Source: Yuukianura sp. NJ FZ-2021
Taxonomy: Eukaryota
Length of the DNA: 64,000 nucleotides
Direction: 5' to 3'
Assembly: GCA_046563655.1 (NCBI GenBank)
Contig: CM102287.1
Location: 2,232,001 to 2,296,000 of the forward strand
Made by a program: the position numbers and the translations under genes. Below, one piece after another: positions 1 through 12,238 of the stretch (position 1 is the stretch's first letter; each line of letters starts with the position of its first letter). Under the pieces are notes generated by a model, which did no database searches, had not been told where the DNA came from, and worked only from the letters and a program-made list of their open reading frames with translations.

Positions 1-2394
1 ATTTTCAAAAATCAAAATGTTAGGGAGTATGAACAAGGCTTAACAACAAAATTTTCAAAAATCAAAATGTTAGGGAGTATGAACAAGGCTTAACAACAAA
101 ATTTTCAAAAATCAAAATGTTAGGGAGTATGAACAAGGCTTAACAACAAAATTTTCAAAAATCAAAATGTTAGGGAGTATGAACAAGGCTTAACAACAAA
201 ATTTTCAAAAATCAAAATGTTAGGGAGTATGAACAAGGCTTAACAACAAAATTTTCAAAAATCAAAATGTTAGGGAGTATGAACAAGGCTTAACAACAAA
301 ATTTTCAAAAATCAAAATGTTAGGGAGTATGAACAAGGCTTAACAACAAAATTTTCAAAAATCAAAATGTTAGGGAGTATGAACAAGGCTTAACAACAAA
401 ATTTTCAAAAATCAAAATGTTAGGGAGTATGAACAAGGCTTAACAACAAAATTTTCAAAAATCAAAATGTTAGGGAGTATGAACAAGGCTTAACAACAAA
501 ATTTTCAAAAATCAAAATGTTAGGGAGTATGAACAAGGCTTAACAACAAAATTTTCAAAAATCAAAATGTTAGGGAGTATGAACAAGGCTTAACAACAAA
601 ATTTTCAAAAATCAAAATGTTAGGGAGTATGAACAAGGCTTAACAACAAAATTTTCAAAAATCAAAATGTTAGGGAGTATGAACAAGGCTTAACAACAAA
701 ATTTTCAAAAATCAAAATGTTAGGGAGTATGAACAAGGCTTAACAACAAAATTTTCAAAAATCAAAATGTTAGGGAGTATGAACAAGGCTTAACAACAAA
801 ATTTTCAAAAATCAAAATGTTAGGGAGTATGAACAAGGCTTAACAACAAAATTTTCAAAAATCAAAATGTTAGGGAGTATGAACAAGGCTTAACAACAAA
901 ATTTTCAAAAATCAAAATGTTAGGGAGTATGAACAAGGCTTAACAACAAAATTTTCAAAAATCAAAATGTTAGGGAGTATGAACAAGGCTTAACAACAAA
1001 ATTTTCAAAAATCAAAATGTTAGGGAGTATGAACAAGGCTTAACAACAAAATTTTCAAAAATCAAAATGTTAGGGAGTATGAACAAGGCTTAACAACAAA
1101 ATTTTCAAAAATCAAAATGTTAGGGAGTATGAACAAGGCTTAACAACAAAATTTTCAAAAATCAAAATGTTAGGGAGTATGAACAAGGCTTAACAACAAA
1201 ATTTTCAAAAATCAAAATGTTAGGGAGTATGAACAAGGCTTAACAACAAAATTTTCAAAAATCAAAATGTTAGGGAGTATGAACAAGGCTTAACAACAAA
1301 ATTTTCAAAAATCAAAATGTTAGGGAGTATGAACAAGGCTTAACAACAAAATTTTCAAAAATCAAAATGTTAGGGAGTATGAACAAGGCTTAACAACAAA
1401 ATTTTCAAAAATCAAAATGTTAGGGAGTATGAACAAGGCTTAACAACAAAATTTTCAAAAATCAAAATGTTAGGGAGTATGAACAAGGCTTAACAACAAA
1501 ATTTTCAAAAATCAAAATGTTAGGGAGTATGAACAAGGCTTAACAACAAAATTTTCAAAAATCAAAATGTTAGGGAGTATGAACAAGGCTTAACAACAAA
1601 ATTTTCAAAAATCAAAATGTTAGGGAGTATGAACAAGGCTTAACAACAAAATTTTCAAAAATCAAAATGTTAGGGAGTATGAACAAGGCTTAACAACAAA
1701 ATTTTCAAAAATCAAAATGTTAGGGAGTATGAACAAGGCTTAACAACAAAATTTTCAAAAATCAAAATGTTAGGGAGTATGAACAAGGCTTAACAACAAA
1801 ATTTTCAAAAATCAAAATGTTAGGGAGTATGAACAAGGCTTAACAACAAAATTTTCAAAAATCAAAATGTTAGGGAGTATGAACAAGGCTTAACAACAAA
1901 ATTTTCAAAAATCAAAATGTTAGGGAGTATGAACAAGGCTTAACAACAAAATTTTCAAAAATCAAAATGTTAGGGAGTATGAACAAGGCTTAACAACAAA
2001 ATTTTCAAAAATCAAAATGTTAGGGAGTATGAACAAGGCTTAACAACAAAATTTTCAAAAATCAAAATGTTAGGGAGTATGAACAAGGCTTAACAACAAA
2101 ATTTTCAAAAATCAAAATGTTAGGGAGTATGAACAAGGCTTAACAACAAAATTTTCAAAAATCAAAATGTTAGGGAGTATGAACAAGGCTTAACAACAAA
2201 ATTTTCAAAAATCAAAATGTTAGGGAGTATGAACAAGGCTTAACAACAAAATTTTCAAAAATCAAAATGTTAGGGAGTATGAACAAGGCTTAACAACAAA
2301 ATTTTCAAAAATCAAAATGTTAGGGAGTATGAACAAGGCTTAACAACAAAATTTTCAAAAATCAAAATGTTAGGGAGTATGAACAAGGCTTAAC
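1..2394. repeat. 50-bp tandem satellite, ~48 apparently identical copies (ATTTTCAAAAATCAAAATGTTAGGGAGTATGAACAAGGCTTAACAACAAA), running off the window start
   Basis: Exact 50-nt period visible line after line; the array ends at ...GGCTTAAC|CTTTAT near 2394. Confidence 0.99.
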
Positions 2395-2544
2395 CTTTAT
2401 AGAGCTTTTGGACATATCTCAAACCCCCGACAACGGAATTTGTAATGCAAAATTTTCAAAAATGTCAAACACCAGCAAACTCCTGGCTATGGCCTTTCTA
2501 ATGCAGAATATTGAAAATATAATACAGCATCGGCATGCTCAACA

Positions 2545-3750
2545 AAACGTGAACTTGTGAAAAAATTGAGAACTTTGAAAAAAAAATTGACTGCGGGAAA
2601 AAATAAAGTTCTGCATGTAAAATCAACTTTGAAAAAAAATGATGGGAAAATAAAATGAACGTAAGATGGGAAACTAAATTGAACTTTGACAAAAATGACG
2701 GTGGGAAAATGATGAAGGTGGGGATATAGAATGAACTTTGAAAAAAGAATGACTGGGAAAAAGATGAAGGTGGGGAAAGAAGACGGTGAGAAAATATATT
2801 GAACTTTGAAAAAAAATGACTGTGGAAAAAAAATGAATATGGGAAAATATAGTGAACTTTGAAAAAAAAATGACTATTGGAAAAAATGAAGGTGGGGAAA
2901 AAATGACGGTGAGAAAATAAATTGAACTTTGAAAATAATCAACATCGGAAAAAAATTAAGGTGGGAGAAAAAAGTGAACTTTGAAAAAAATGACTGTGGA
3001 AAAAAAATGATGTTGTGAAAATAAAATGAACTTTGGGGAAAAAATGACTATTGGAAAAAATGAGGGTGGGGAGAAAATGACGGTGGGAAAATTAATTGTA
3101 CTTTGAAATAAAAATCAACGTCGGAAGAAAATGAACATGGGACAGACAGTAAAATGAACTTTGAAAAAAAAATGAATGTGGGAAAACAAAATGAACTTTG
3201 AAAGAAAAACGAGCGTGGGAAAAAACTAACCGTGGGAAACTAAAATGAACTTTGAAAAAAAAACGGCCGTGAGAAAAAAAAGGCGTGGGAAAACATAGAC
3301 CGTGGGAAAAAATAGATCGTGGAAAAATAAAATGACCTTTGAAAAAAATGAACTTTGAAAAAAAAGAGCGTGGGAAGATAATAGCATTATAAAAATAAAT
3401 TGAACTTTAAAAAAAAAGACCATGGGAAAATAATAAGCGTGGGAAAATATAGACCATGGGAAAATAAAATGACCTTTGAAAAAAAATGACCGTGGGAAAA
3501 TATTAAGCGTGGGAAAATAAAATGACCTTTGAAAAAAATGAACTTTGAAAAAAAAAAGCGTGGGAAGATAATAGCGTTATAAAAATAAATTGAACTTTAA
3601 AAAAAAGACCGTGGGAAAATAATAAGCGTGGGAAAATATAGACCGTGGGAAAATAAAATGACCTTTGAAAAAAAATGACCGTGGGAAAATATTAAGCGTG
3701 GGAAAAAACAGACCGTGGGAAAAAGTACTTTGAAAAAAATTGAACTTTCA
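2545..3750. repeat. Degenerate A-rich minisatellite built from TGAACTTTGAAAAAAA and (C)GTGGGAAAA motifs, with a ~190-bp higher-order duplication
   Basis: Dozens of motif copies; 3320-3510 is nearly repeated at 3510-3700. Confidence 0.9.
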
Positions 3751-3940
3751 ACAAAAAATTTATTTAATTTTTATTTTTCTATTTTTTTTACTACCCTTCC
3801 CCCCCGCCCCCACCTCTTCCCTAGCCCCCAAAACCCCCCCCAGCCCCCCCCCCCGCAAGCAGGGTGAGACTGGGGGGGAACGGGGGCTAGGGGTGGGACC
3901 TAATAGCTAAGAGGCGTGCATAAATAGCCACAATGTGTAT

Positions 3941-4020
3941 ACCGGCGGGTGGACTCGAACCACCGGCCATAATGCAAGCAGGCTTGTGCAGGAGCCTCTA
4001 CGCTATTATGCCTTCACCGA
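3941..4020 (-). other. tRNA-like segment (perfect T-arm/B-box); possible pseudo-tRNA or tRNA-derived SINE head
   Basis: Minus strand reads GGTGG-TTCGAGT-CCACC (plus 3948-3964): 5-bp stem with a TTCGA loop. No convincing acceptor stem or D-arm. Confidence 0.35.
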
Positions 4021-4519
4021 AATGGAAGGCATCAAAACTTGTATTTATGTTCTGTTTTTTGCCAAAAAATGATGTTTTGGGCAAAAAAAAGTGCCAAAAT
4101 CCACCGATAGGCGTGATTTTGGTATCAAAATCAATAAAATAATTCATCCCCGATTTTTTAAAACCAAATTCGGGGCTCTACAAAACGTTTTCGAAACGTT
4201 ATTAACGTTTTTCTGACGTATTTCGCAGCTTTTGGATTTTTTCGGTGTGGCGCATACCTCAACTCTGCAGACTCCACCCCTTTTTGCAGTTTTCAAGCAA
4301 GCTGCCAAACCGATTCAAGGTCAGGGCATTTTATTTTTTATGAAAATTAAAACTTTTAATTAATTTTCGAACGTAGTACACTTATGTAAGCACTACGTAC
4401 TAATTGGATTCTGATTCCATTAACTAGTTCCTGAGAAAACTAATTTTAAAGTGCGCAATTTTGCACAAAAGTTTGTAATGTCACAAGTGCAGAACAATAG
4501 GCACAAATTACTTTAAAAC

Positions 4520-5130
4520 GTTATTTTAAAACTCCGGAATACGTTATGCGGCAAAGATCGAATCAATTACAAGTCGAGATAACGTATTACATAATTTTAA
4601 TTTGCATAATTACCGAGTAATTAAGCAAAAACTGAATTTGGGGACAATAGACGTTAATTAGGTTAATTATGTAAATTAAAATTCAGGAATACGTTATACG
4701 GCAAAGAACTAATCGATTACTAGCTGTGCTAACACATTTCAGGATTTCAAATCGATTACTTGCGGAGTAATAAGCAATCGTAGCTATCGCAAGTACTTGC
4801 GATCAAGGGTAAGGTCCAATAGTAAAAAACAATTAAGCTAATTAAGCAGTTTAAAACTCCAGAATACGTTATACAGCTAAGAACTAATCGATTACAAGCT
4901 GTCACAACACATTTCAGCATTTTAAATCGATTACTTTCGGAGTAATCAACAATCGTAGCTATCGCAAGTGCCTGCGATCATGATTTTGTTATAATAGTGA
5001 AAAATTAAGGTAATTACACACGCTAAAACTCTGGAATACGTTATATCACAATGAATACATTAGTAGTTGTGTGAGATAACAAATCCCGGAGGTTTGGATG
5101 CTTTAATTAACGAGTAATTAAGTAATTAAT
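4520..5130. repeat. Four diverged ~150-175-bp tandem units
   Basis: AAAACTCC(G/A)GAATACGTTAT-like anchors near 4527, 4677, 4853 and 5025; units 2 and 3 share AATCGATTAC and AATCGTAGCTATCGCAAGT. Confidence 0.8.
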
Positions 5131-5599
5131 TTAATTAAAGTTAATTTGCCATTTTTAGGGCAGTTGAGTGTGAGGCGCCGACCTCTACTCAAAATTTTCA
5201 ATTTTGTTATTCCGAGTGCGCGCATGCGCCAGCTGATTTTCTTTTAAAAATTAAACATTTCAGTTGTTTTGTTCATTTCTTCCTTCTAATTAAGTGTTAA
5301 GTTGACGATTAACTAATTAGTTGAACCGATTAACTAAGTTTTAGTGATTCTACAACCAGCACAACTAGAATTGAAGCTGGATGAAGTGTTTTTCAAAGGA
5401 TTAAGGTAAGGAACAACAATTAAAGTCAAGTAAAAGTAGTGGACTGGATTCCAGTCATTTTGTCATCGGTTAATCTCATAGTTTGGACATTTCTTTCTCC
5501 AGATCCACACTCCAAGGACGAACGTTTGATTGGACTTCCAGGCGCATCGTCCTTTCTTCTCGAAATTGACGTTTCGATGTGGAAATAATGCGGAAGTGG

Positions 5600-5800
5600 C
5601 CAGTAGACATCTCATGCTTAACAGAATCTGGAACTGCCTCTCAGCCTCTCCTCGCTTACTTCATGGAGAAGAACGCAAGGAACAGGAAGGTAAGGTACGA
5701 AAATCAACCAAATACAATAACATAAGATGTAATTGACTGCCATAATTCCATTGTTTTGGATTATGGAGCATGTGACAGTCAAATATAAAGAGATTCCATG
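5600..5800 (+). pseudogene. CTDNEP1: Short CTDNEP1/Dullard 5' fragment (first copy)
   Basis: The intron and exon start at 5690-5800 (IMEHVTVKYKEIP) are paralogous to 6092-6203 of the longer Dullard pseudogene. Confidence 0.6.
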
Positions 5801-6159
5801 ATTTTGTTTCATTTTTGATTTGCAGGAGGAACTGGAGGAAGGTGCAGCGGAAATGAAGAATTCGGCTCTGCCTGGAGGGACTTCTCGTTCCAAGAACTTA
5901 GTGTCTCCCTGTGACATCAATCTCCTGTCTTCAGTGGGCATTCCCTTCAAACCATTTGTAAGATTGTGACAAGATGAGTGTAATTAGTTGAATATTGATC
6001 GGTTTATTCTTTACTAGGACTAGAAGTTAGCACTTTCCTGGTCATTTGGACACTGGACGACGGAAGGATGCTGGAAAATACAACTAACGAGGTAAGACAC
6101 CGAAACAACCAAATCCAAACACATTATGTAATTAACTGCCTCATTTCTTTTCTTTTTAG

Positions 6160-6847
6160 ATTATTGAGCATGATGCGAGGCAGTCAAGTATAAGGAGATT
6201 CCAGTGTGAACTTTATCCAAGGACAGGCTGTCAGCTGTTCGGAGAAAAGTACTCGGACTGGATCTGGACGAAGCACTCATCGATTCTCATCACGATGGAG
6301 TTCAAAGGTGCTGTCTGGAACTCTTTTAACTTTCATCTTCATCAATCTCTACTTTGTTTAGGGAAAGCGTTAAGCCAGGTACACTCCTGCCTTTATACTC
6401 AAAGTGACGATTGAGCGACACCCAGTTCGGTTTTTCGTCCACGAATGACCACACATCGACTACTTCCTGGATGTCGTAAGTTTGAATGCATAGACTAGAC
6501 AACATGCATGATAACATGAACAATTCCTTTGCATAGGTTTCCAAATGACTGGAATTGGTCGTGTTCACTGCCTCAATGGAGATCCACGGTGCAGGTATGT
6601 TTATTCAGATTTAAAGTGGAATTTGAAGTAGGATATCTAAGGGATAAAGTTAATTAAGTTGTTAATTTGAAAACAGGAGTTGCGGATAAAGTGGAGAAGG
6701 GGAGGAGGATGCAGGAGACGAGATACTACCGACAACCCTGTACTCTTGACTTGGGTTCCTATGCGAATGATCTGTCCAACATTTCCCATGAGATTAGCTC
6801 CATATTTCTTCTGGACAACTGAGCAGAAGCCTATCTCTCTTACCCGG
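6160..6847 (+). pseudogene. CTDNEP1: Unprocessed CTDNEP1/Dullard phosphatase pseudogene
   Basis: Manual translation over four exons: [23 protein letters not shown] / [29 protein letters not shown] / VSK*LELVVFTASMEIHGA / RYYRQPCTLDLGSY...IFLLDN*. Matches the Dullard DLDETLIHSHHDG family; has several stops and frameshifts and lacks the 3' exons. Confidence 0.9.
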
Positions 6848-6909
6848 GTAACTTAACCTCAACAGCTGATTCAATCCAAATGATTTTTGAATTGGTTCTG
6901 TTTTTACAG

Positions 6910-7713
6910 GGCAGAGAAAAGGGTAACCCGAGGAGAAGAGGAGGTCAATTGCAACTAAACCAGCGTAAGTGAAGTGGCCATCATAAGATTAAGTTCGATT
7001 AGTAATTGATTGTTTTCTGTTTGTAACTCTGCTCCTCCACCCACTTTTAAAAGTTCCATTGGAGCCAGTGGTGTCGAGAGTGGACGCAATTCTGCCTACT
7101 AGTTGCGGATTTTGACGAAGATTGTGAAGCATCTGAGAACAAAGTTCCAAGAAGGGACTCGCCGTTGTCAGTGGAGGAAATCCTGGATGAAACCAATCAG
7201 CTGGATGTGAGCAACAAGTTAGAGGCGTAAGTTGACCTTCACTTGACCCTCAACATCAAGTCAATACTCTGCTATTCAAGTTTCTAAAACTTGTCATTCT
7301 TTTCCAGTGGCTTATCCAGGAAGGCTTTTCGAATCACCCGAAGATCGAGCGAACTGAAGACAGGTACATTTTCCAGCCCCAACTGCGATGTCGGGATAAG
7401 AAGTCGCTGCTTAGACTCCTCAGACTGCACGACATGAAGGGCCTCAGTGGAATTTTCCGTGAAGATGTACTGGAATCTGTGCCCCATGCAGAACGAGTTC
7501 TAAAAGTGAGTCCACTCCACTCTTACTAAAATCAAAATTTAAGTTAGTCGTAATTTCGATAAAAACCTAAGTAATTGAATTTCGTGTTTGGCTAGGCACT
7601 GGATTCTGAGATAATCACACTCACAAAGACAGGACAAGAAGAAAGTGGTGTTTTTTCGGGACAAGACAGCTCGTGTGGTGGTGGACGAGGAATTTCAGAA
7701 ACTGTGGCGCTAA
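6910..7713 (+). pseudogene. GTF2E2: Unprocessed TFIIE-beta pseudogene
   Basis: ILTKIVKHLRTKFQEG/(frameshift)DSPLSVEEILDETNQLD; WLIQEGFSNHPKIE...CRDKKSLLRLLRLHDMKGLSGI; (+1 frameshift) [11 protein letters not shown]...[10 protein letters not shown]. Matches TFIIE-beta. Confidence 0.9.
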
Positions 7714-7724
7714 ACCACAGTTTA

Positions 7725-8012
7725 GGTTGAGCTGGGCCGCGGCCCAGCCCCAATTACTAAGTTTTTACTTCTTTTTTGGTTGTTACAGTTACATCCAATA
7801 CTCAACGATTGCTGCCAGAGTAGTACGAACTGCATTGAAGGCTGAAGCCAGAGCAGAGGCAGCTAAACGAGAAGAATGCCTAAGCAAATTTACAACATGG
7901 AAGGATGGGAAGCCCATTGGTGAGTTATTCAATTGACACTAAATTCATAAAGAACCGAATTATTCATGTTAATTAATAAACTTGTTTTTGTGTCACAGTG
8001 AGTCAAGATTAG
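7725..8012 (+). pseudogene. ATP5F1E: Mitochondrial ATP synthase epsilon (stunted-like); exons 2-3 intact, exon 1 lacks an ATG and a donor
   Basis: YIQYSTIAARVVRTALKAEARAEAAKRE...KFTTWKDGKPI|VSQD* (7789-7919, 7999-8012). The upstream LSWAAAQPQ resembles a decayed MxxWRAAG exon. Confidence 0.75.
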
Positions 8013-8757
8013 TTTAAATTCGGATTGGAAAATGAAGTAATGAAGATTGGGATTCATCTAAAACCAAAGAAGATCTACATTCGTCATCTTGTCCTCGTGA
8101 ACTCCAACGAGCCGAACCCAATCACCTAATACATTGAAAATTGATAGTCGTCCTTTGTAAAATACCAATTAAAATGATAGCTCACTGAAATCTTTTTCTT
8201 TTTAGAATTTTTTAGTCAATTTTTTTGCTACTGTATTAAGATTTTGTTGTTTTTTTTTCGCTATTGTTTGAACAAAATTTTGTCATGGTGGGATTTGGGA
8301 TGGGGCAAATTGAGACGGTGAGTTTGGAACGAAGCGCGGCAAGACGTTTTCAGAAAACCACCAAACAGATTACAGCTCCTCCTCCCTTCTCTGTCCATCT
8401 CATCTGTTTGTGGCGTACTTTTGTCGGTTGATTTTTAGGTGGGAGATTGCTACAGAGAAAGAAGATAAAGAAGCTCCGTTTGTTTTGTATTTCTAGAGGT
8501 CACTTTTGTACGAACGATCATTCAACACTCAACAGTCACCTTCCGCACTGGACGCTGCTGGAGTGTGAGACACTTTTTATGCTAACATTCAATTTCTGGA
8601 ACTCATCGCTGTTACCCTTTTACTCTACGCATTCGCCCCTCGTCGTGTGACGCTTCGCACTGTGGCCGGTTACAAGAACGGTAAGGTAATTTAGACAAAG
8701 GAATTTAGTAGGAGAAAGAGGTTTTTTACAAAGTTAAGGTGAAACTGTGTGTAAAGT

Positions 8758-10551
8758 ATGAATCTTAATGTAGACAGGGAAACAGCCACAGGAACCCGAC
8801 TTTCTAACATGGAGCGAGTGGACGATGAACTACATATTGACTACGACTCAATTGAGGCACCGCAATTCGTGGATTTCCATGCTCTCAGTATGATTAATGA
8901 TGACGAGGAGGATCCGGCTCTCAAGTTTTTTGAAGTCAAAGAATACGTGGATGACAAGAAGGAAGATTTTGATTTGCAAGTAGTCGACGAGCGTCGAAGT
9001 TCAGATGAGATTGACAAGGACCAGGAACAGGATGCTGTCATTCCACTTGCAGGAGATGATGAAGGAAAAGATGCTGTTGCTGATGCTGAAGATCGTCCGA
9101 TCGAAATTTGCCGCGGTGATGCAGAACAAGTCGGGAGTCTCCCGGTAGCACCGGCAGCTGATCAAGAGCCTGTCCCGCCACCTCATGCTCCCATTGCTGA
9201 AGAAGTTGAGAATATCGAAAATGTTGATCCAGTTTCAGTTCCTGTAGCGGATGAGCTCGTTCCTCTCGTAGTCGTATCGCCAGAGCATCAGGAACAAGAA
9301 CAACAACCACTGGTAGCAGTTGGACAAGCGCTGAACGAAGTTGAAGTCGAGCATCCACTTCCCCGTGCTGCCCCTGCACCACGAGTTAGGAATCCTGCTG
9401 TGATGCCTTCAGCAATTCCACGAAAACTCGTCAGCACTGCCACTGGTCTCACTGTTCCTAAGCAGGTTCACTTTCACAGTGCCCGACACCGTCCAGCTGA
9501 TCACCCTGCTCCTGCTGTGAGTAATTAACTTAATTAAAACTTAATTAACTTATAAAACGAGTCAAGTCTTTACTTACTAAACCAGTCATTTCTTTTTAGG
9601 ACAAGAAAGATGTTGGACCTGGCTTCAGAGCTCGTCCAGCTCCACTCAAAGTTCTTCATGGCGGACCAACCGGACTCAAGGACAAGCCTGAAGTGAGAGC
9701 AACTGTTGCTGTTGCACCGCATTTCGCTTCTGATGATCGCATCCGCTCGGGACGCATGAGGGCTTCTCAAGCTGTAAGTCAAGTCAAATCTACAAAATGT
9801 AAAAATAAAATGGTTGATGTGGTGCCCCTGCCCGGTGCCATATTAGTCTGTTGCTTGTCCTCAAATATAAGGTTTGTGTATTCTTTTCATTACAGCCCAC
9901 AGCAACTGTCGGAGTCAAAGAAAACTTGGATCCAAAATCTGGAGATGCTGCTGCTGCTGGGAGTCACCGTGGGGCATTTCGGTCTGGGTCTGTGCCATCT
10001 ACTCCTGTTTGTGGCACCAACAGTTCTGGACGTGGGCGATCTCCGTCACCAGCAATGATTCGTAATGCGGAACGCGACAACGCAAGGAAACGGCTCATGG
10101 ATGAGAAATTGCGGAAACAGGTTCGTTGAGTAGTATTTTATAGTAACAGTTCAACGCCTCAGAAAGAATGTAAAACTAAAAAATCGCTTGAGCGTGAACA
10201 GATGATTCTCATGCCCAAAGATCATGTATCAAAATTCTCAAGCGATTTCAAAATTATTATTAACCTTTACGCACTCATGCATGTGTTGTTTTTAATTGTT
10301 AACTAAACTTTTTTTTTTAAACTTTGTTCCAGGATGAAACAAATCGTTTGCTCATGGAACAAAAACAGGCTAAAGAACTTCGGGAGCAGTTGGTCCACAA
10401 GCCGCAGCCAATAAAAGGGACGCGACCGTTTCAAGTGAAACATTCGGACAAGACACTGACCAATCCAATCAGCCCAGAATTTGCTCCACTGCCGTCGCAG
10501 CGTCGTAATCTGCAGCAAGTCCAACGTGACAAGATGACGGCTCTACAGTAA
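8758..10551 (+). CDS. TPX2: TPX2-like spindle assembly factor (4 exons: 8758-9516, 9600-9773, 9896-10120, 10333-10551)
   Basis: N-terminal YDSIEAPQFVDF...FFE resembles the Aurora-A-binding motif; FRARPAP...GGP; C-terminal KELREQLVHKPQPI...SDKTLTNPISPEF. Phase-0 GT-AG joins keep the frame. Confidence 0.8.
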
Positions 10552-10660
10552 GAAATACTGGCATATCCAATCAATTTACATGTTAAGGCCAAGGAATTTA
10601 CATCTTTAACGTCATTAATACGGTGATAATCATTGTAGCCTCAATTCGGTGTTCGGAGAA

Positions 10661-12238
10661 ATGGCTGCAGAGACCGAGGTCAAGAGTATCTTCCCTCGTA
10701 CGTTGGGGTCAACCCCTTCATTTCTCATAATCAATCTGCAGGATGAAGTCGTCCGTTCCGAAGCAGCAGAAAAGAAGGGTCTTTGGAGAGGTCTGGACAA
10801 GTTGAGTATACTCGTAAAGAAGATCGAAGTAAGTGGAATGTACAGTGTTGTTTCAAATGGATTTGTGAATTTAAAATAAACCAGTTTCTTCTGACTTTCT
10901 CTCTAGTACCTAGGCGGTGACGCCATTTTACTTAGAAACGTACAGGAGGTCAGGAATGGATCTGGCATCCCACTGGCCTTTGTGTCAACTAATATCGCAC
11001 ACAATGAGCTCGCGTTTAAGACATGGCTCCACATGGCAGATCAACATGGTCGCTGTTTTGATATCTTTCATGAGAACTTCATCCATGACATATTCGAATT
11101 GGGACAAGTTGGACTCCTAGAAGACTATTTGTAAGTAATTTGGCAAAAATGCTGCGTTAACGTAGTAATCCCGATTTTGATAGGCAGAACTACGATTTAA
11201 GACAGTCATATTCTTTGTAGGCTAAAACCGTCGATGTTCAAACCTGGAGCTTACACTGGACAACAGATCCTGTCAGGAAAATTCAAATGGAGAAACTTTG
11301 CCTTCGACAAAGATGATTCGGATTCTTCGTCTTCAGAGTCGGAAGTTGATCGTTACGTTAAGTTTCGTAACAAATCTCGAGTCACACTTCGACAATCTAC
11401 TCCTGCCTTAGTCACGCCGGTACCGACCAACCCGGCATGCACGTCAAACTCTGTTAAGCAGGAGGCTTCCTCTGATCGTGATGCAACTCCTGAAACTTTG
11501 GACGACTTCGACTTGAACGACCCAAGTTCCTTGCTATCTCTAAATCTCAATCAACACGAATCAGACAGCATGAGTACCTTCCAAGAGAGAGATGTGGGTT
11601 CCCACCATGGGATGCTGACACGAGCTAGAGCCAAACGAACTGCAACTGGCCCGAGGATATTGGATTCGCTACCCACTGACAGAGCTCGTCGTGTGAACCC
11701 TATCCGAGACTCACCACCGGCTTCTCCTCCTCCTCCTAATCGGTAAGGTTGAATGATTATTTCAATTTCAATAGGAAGAATGTAATATCGCTGTACCCGA
11801 GTGCTAAAGAATTTACTTTTGAAATTTTGAACAGCAAGAACCGTGGAGGAGCATCTCGTCGGACAAGGCTGCCGAACCTAAACCCGGAGGATCAGCAGCA
11901 AATACTGAATTACATCATTGACAATAATGCATTCTATCGGATCAGGGGGACAAAGCTGTACAAGGAGATGGCCGACTCCAACGTAAGCCAGCATTACAAT
12001 GCACAAGGCGGAGGTGGAGCGGGATCTACTAACCTAACTTTAGTACCTAACCACGTACAGGACCATATCAATCAATGTCATGTTTCCTTCTTTTTTTCTG
12101 TAGATCGTTTCAGGACGTACTTATCCGACTCTTCGTTGGCATATGATAATGATTCTTCTGCGTCGCGACGTTTTTGAGAAATTCGGTCGTTGCATGGACC
12201 CAACTTCCCGTGCCACGTTTGAAGAGTATCTTGTTTGA
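10661..12238 (+). CDS. TERF2IP: Rap1/TERF2IP-like protein, BRCT + Myb, with no recognisable C-terminal RCT domain (5 exons)
   Basis: BRCT-like KIE|YLGG...FHENFIHDIFELGQVGLLEDYL; Myb-like EDQQQILNYIIDNNAFYRIRGTKLYKEMADSN|IVSGRTYPTLRWH. The spliced frame is open to TGA at 12238. Confidence 0.65.

Noticed and set aside
1..2394. CRISPR array or canonical telomere
   Set aside because: No spacers, eukaryotic context, only one TTAGGG per 50 nt, and wrong orientation for a left chromosome end.
2498..3423. Phe-rich minus-strand ORFs (2498-2692, 3226-3423)
   Set aside because: Artefacts of the A-rich minisatellite.
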